Source: Eledone cirrhosa
Lineage: Eukaryota
Direction: 5' to 3'
DNA: 64,000 nucleotides
Assembly (NCBI GenBank): GCA_964016885.1
Contig: OZ024740.1
Location: forward strand, 288,982,001-289,046,000
The translations under genes and the position numbers were made by a program. The notes under the pieces were generated by a model. It made no database searches and had not been told where the DNA came from. It saw only the letters and a program-made list of their open reading frames with translations. The stretch's first letter is position 1; every line of letters begins with the position of its first letter. This document shows, piece after piece, positions 60,960-64,000 of the stretch.

Positions 60960-61545
60960 TTCTTTCCAGCTCATCATCCCTCCACTCATTGCTTTGCTAA
61001 GCGATTTGAGATCAGGTCTCACCATCCATATGCATCGCATGTCCATGCCAACACAGTCTTTTCTGTAGCCCACTATATCAGATTCCTCTTGTACCTAGTT
61101 TTTCTTCCACTTCAGCTATGCTTTGTCTTTCATGCATATTAACATTGCCCATCCATCAAAATATGCTCACCTCACTTATCTCCAGCCTTCGTATATCATC
61201 ATTTGTCCATCAGTTTCATGCCCTTGTAGTTGCTCCTATCTAGTGCATCACCTTTTTCCTTGTAGCAATTAATGAATATACTGCTTCACCAGTCATTGTG
61301 TATGACCCAATCCTGTATTGCAGGTGACTAGTTCAGCTCCTATTTCCTCTGACAATTTCATCATCTCAGTGACTACCTCTGACAGTCCAGCAGATATACC
61401 ATTTTTCAACTTTGTGATTGTTTCTTTCACCCTATAATTGTCAGGTTTGATAGCTGGACCTTCTGTTTGGTTAGCTGTAGTAGTCTCTCTTCTTTCCACT
61501 CATTCTCCACATTCATCAACCTCTCACAGTAGCATTTCCAGGCCA
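60960..61545 (-). mobile_element. Highly decayed RTE fragment
   Basis: EGPAI...KETITKLKNG...GLSEVVTEMMK and CYKEKGDALDRSNY motifs parallel the full-length ORF. Confidence 0.65.
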
Positions 61546-62549
61546 GGGAAAATAGGCATTAAATGATGATGATGATGTATATATATATATATATATATCT
61601 ACATCATCATCATCATTTAATGCCTATTTTCCCTGCAAGGATTGGATGGGTTGTCACAAATGAAATGAGTACTCAAGTAGAGTTATTGGCCTCTTAGAAG
61701 GACCAGGGGCCTGCACCTTGCTTACATATATTACTGCTCTATACCAATTATTTAGGCAGGATGGGTGCTTGCCTCTTATTTACAAAACATGTTCTACCGG
61801 GTACATTATATTGTTTGGCATTTAAGAGTATGTTTTGCTTATTACAAAGGCTATTGTAATGCATATCAACTAGAATATAGTTGAATAAAATTGTGGATGT
61901 AGCCTCTTTAGAGGGAAGAAAGTGAACAGAATTATCTATTCTGTTCAAGTATATTATAGTTTATATGCATTGTAGTAACCTTTGCAAAAAAGCGAAATAC
62001 ACTCTTAAGTTTCAATCTTACTACATACTCCTTAAGCCTTCCATTGTTTACATATATGAATTTTCCCTGGATATTTGTTGTTGTTATTCTCTGTCCAATC
62101 TCTACATGTTGTTTATGCATTCTGCACAAAGCCCTTTCATAATCAAATCAATAATTCTGAGACAATGAATTTGTTCCATTTATAATTGAGTGTCAATCAG
62201 GCCATTTCTGATATATTTACTCATCTTGCTTTCATACAATGATGACAACGATAGATTCCTATTATATACACAATTGAGTGCCTATCCTTAGTATTTCAAA
62301 CCATGGAATTTGTATAGAATTTATTAGTTGGTTTATTATGAAGAAGCCAATGTGACAGCAGTAACTGCTAAACTAATGTGGTAGTGGTAGTCATTCACAC
62401 AAGCTTCGCAATGCAATAAAACTTGCTCCTAAAACCACTGTAAATGTGTATTACCCATTTAACTACAAATACAACTGGGTGTGGTAGAAATTGTTGATCA
62501 CTAAGGTAAATGATTTCACCAGTGTATTTGTTGTTAGTCTGATTTCTAT

Positions 62550-62607
<58 letters not shown>

Positions 62608-63227
62608 TGTGTGTGTACAACTAGGCTCCTACATGGATTTCATCTAACAAATTTACTCTTAAGGCATTGGTGAACCTTAAGGTCTAATAGAACATACTTC
62701 CCCAAAGTGCCACGCAATGGGACCAAATTCAAAATCACTTGGCAGCAAAGCAAACTTCTTATATACACAGTCATGCTGACACCTATCTTGAATTTTGTAC
62801 ATTTTCTATTAGAAGTTCTTAATATATTTATAAATTAAATAGGATAGTTTTTTTTATTAACATTTAAAAAAAAATCAAGTTATTTTTGTCGGCTACACTT
62901 TTGCTGGATGAGCAAAAATTGGAAACATATTTAAGGAGGTTTCTAATTACAACTGTTCAATTTTTAAATGTGGTTTTCCTCTACCCATTGAGGTCCCTAC
63001 CTTGGTTAGAAGCTAAAAAATTTTCACAATCAAGTTTGTCATTACTACTACAGTTATGTCTGAATTTAAGAATGAGTTATTGTTCATCTATGTTCACTCA
63101 TACATTCCATTTCTGACGCCCCCAACCCCACCAGAATATCCTATGATGATCATGAAACTTATCGGGCCTGTAAGCCTAACCCTGGCTTTAGTAGGGAAAA
63201 TGGTCTTAAAACGTTTGCAGTTGTAAC

Positions 63228-63810
63228 ATCATCATTGTTTAGCATCCATTTTCCTTGCTTGCAAGGTTTGGATGAGCCATCGCAAACCGAGCAGTTCTCA
63301 AGCAGAGCTACTGACCTCTAGATGGGCTGGTGGTCCACATCTCACTTACATTTGATCCCATGCTCTACCAAGTGCATTTTATCGTAACACTAGCATTAGG
63401 GAAATTGTCATGTCTTTAGCTCAACAGAAGAGTTCTTTCGACTCTTTGTTTAGCAGATTTTCTATGGCTGAATGACCTTATCAGCAATCACTTTACATAG
63501 TGTACTGGGTGCATTTTTATGTAGATCACCAACACTAGGGAGGTTGTCATGCCTTTGGCACAAATGAAGGGTCCTCTCGACCTTTTGTTTGGCAAGTTTT
63601 CTATGGGTGTAGTGGGAGTGTTTATTGTGTAGATACCAATATTAGAGAGGTTGTTATACCCCTAATACAACTAGAGAGTCCTCTCAACCCTTTTTGGCAT
63701 CGTTTCTTCCCTTGCTATGACCAGTCACCTTATACTGGATGCATTTTTTCATGGCACCAGCATTAGAGACATTGTTGGTCTTTGACTCAATTGAAGAACC
63801 CTCTCTACTT
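63228..63810 (-). repeat. RTE-tail element with ~4 diverged tandem units of 100-130 bp
   Basis: Recurrent gtgcatttt...cactag..gaggttgtcatgcc...gagtcctctc; a related copy lies at 21565-21980. Confidence 0.65.
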
Positions 63811-64000
63811 TATGTGTGGGGGTGGGGAATATATCATGGGTGTGAGATACCAAGTGTGGTGAGTTTGACAGGGTGATGAGTGGGAGGAGAGGGGTGACTT
63901 CCGACAGTGTGTGAAGTAATGGGGTCATAACAACTACTAAGGGGTTATGACTGGTGTATCAGGGTTTTAGAGAGGAGTGATTCTGAGTAGAGTGGGAGAG

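Overview
AT-rich, microsatellite-rich metazoan genomic DNA. The SINE/LINE/Helitron repertoire and the (TA)n/(CA)n/(GAT)n density resemble an octopus or other coleoid cephalopod genome (inference). The window lies inside one + strand host gene, a TTC7 (TTC7A/B, Ypp1-like PI4KA scaffold) ortholog. Eight phase-compatible GT-AG internal exons were read by hand between 6674 and 57446; the start and stop lie outside the window. The introns are packed with transposable elements: one apparently intact full-length RTE-clade LINE (1039 aa ORF, antisense to the host), truncated RTE copies, partner tRNA/CORE SINEs sharing the RTE 3' tail, Tx1/L1-like and R4/Dong-like fragments in (AAT)n tracts, Penelope remnants, Helitrons, a mariner fragment and TTAA-type MITEs. 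The most notable observations are: (1) a C4HC3 PHD finger inserted inside the RT module of the RTE ORF and conserved in a diverged subfamily; (2) an intact-looking type I hammerhead ribozyme in a Penelope remnant; (3) an 18-bp tandem duplication of a TTC7 splice donor that creates a stop-containing alternative donor; (4) a modular SINE/LINE tail system; (5) a fully palindromic Helitron-like terminus in a head-to-tail junction. TE boundaries are approximate, and family names come from remembered motifs, not database searches.
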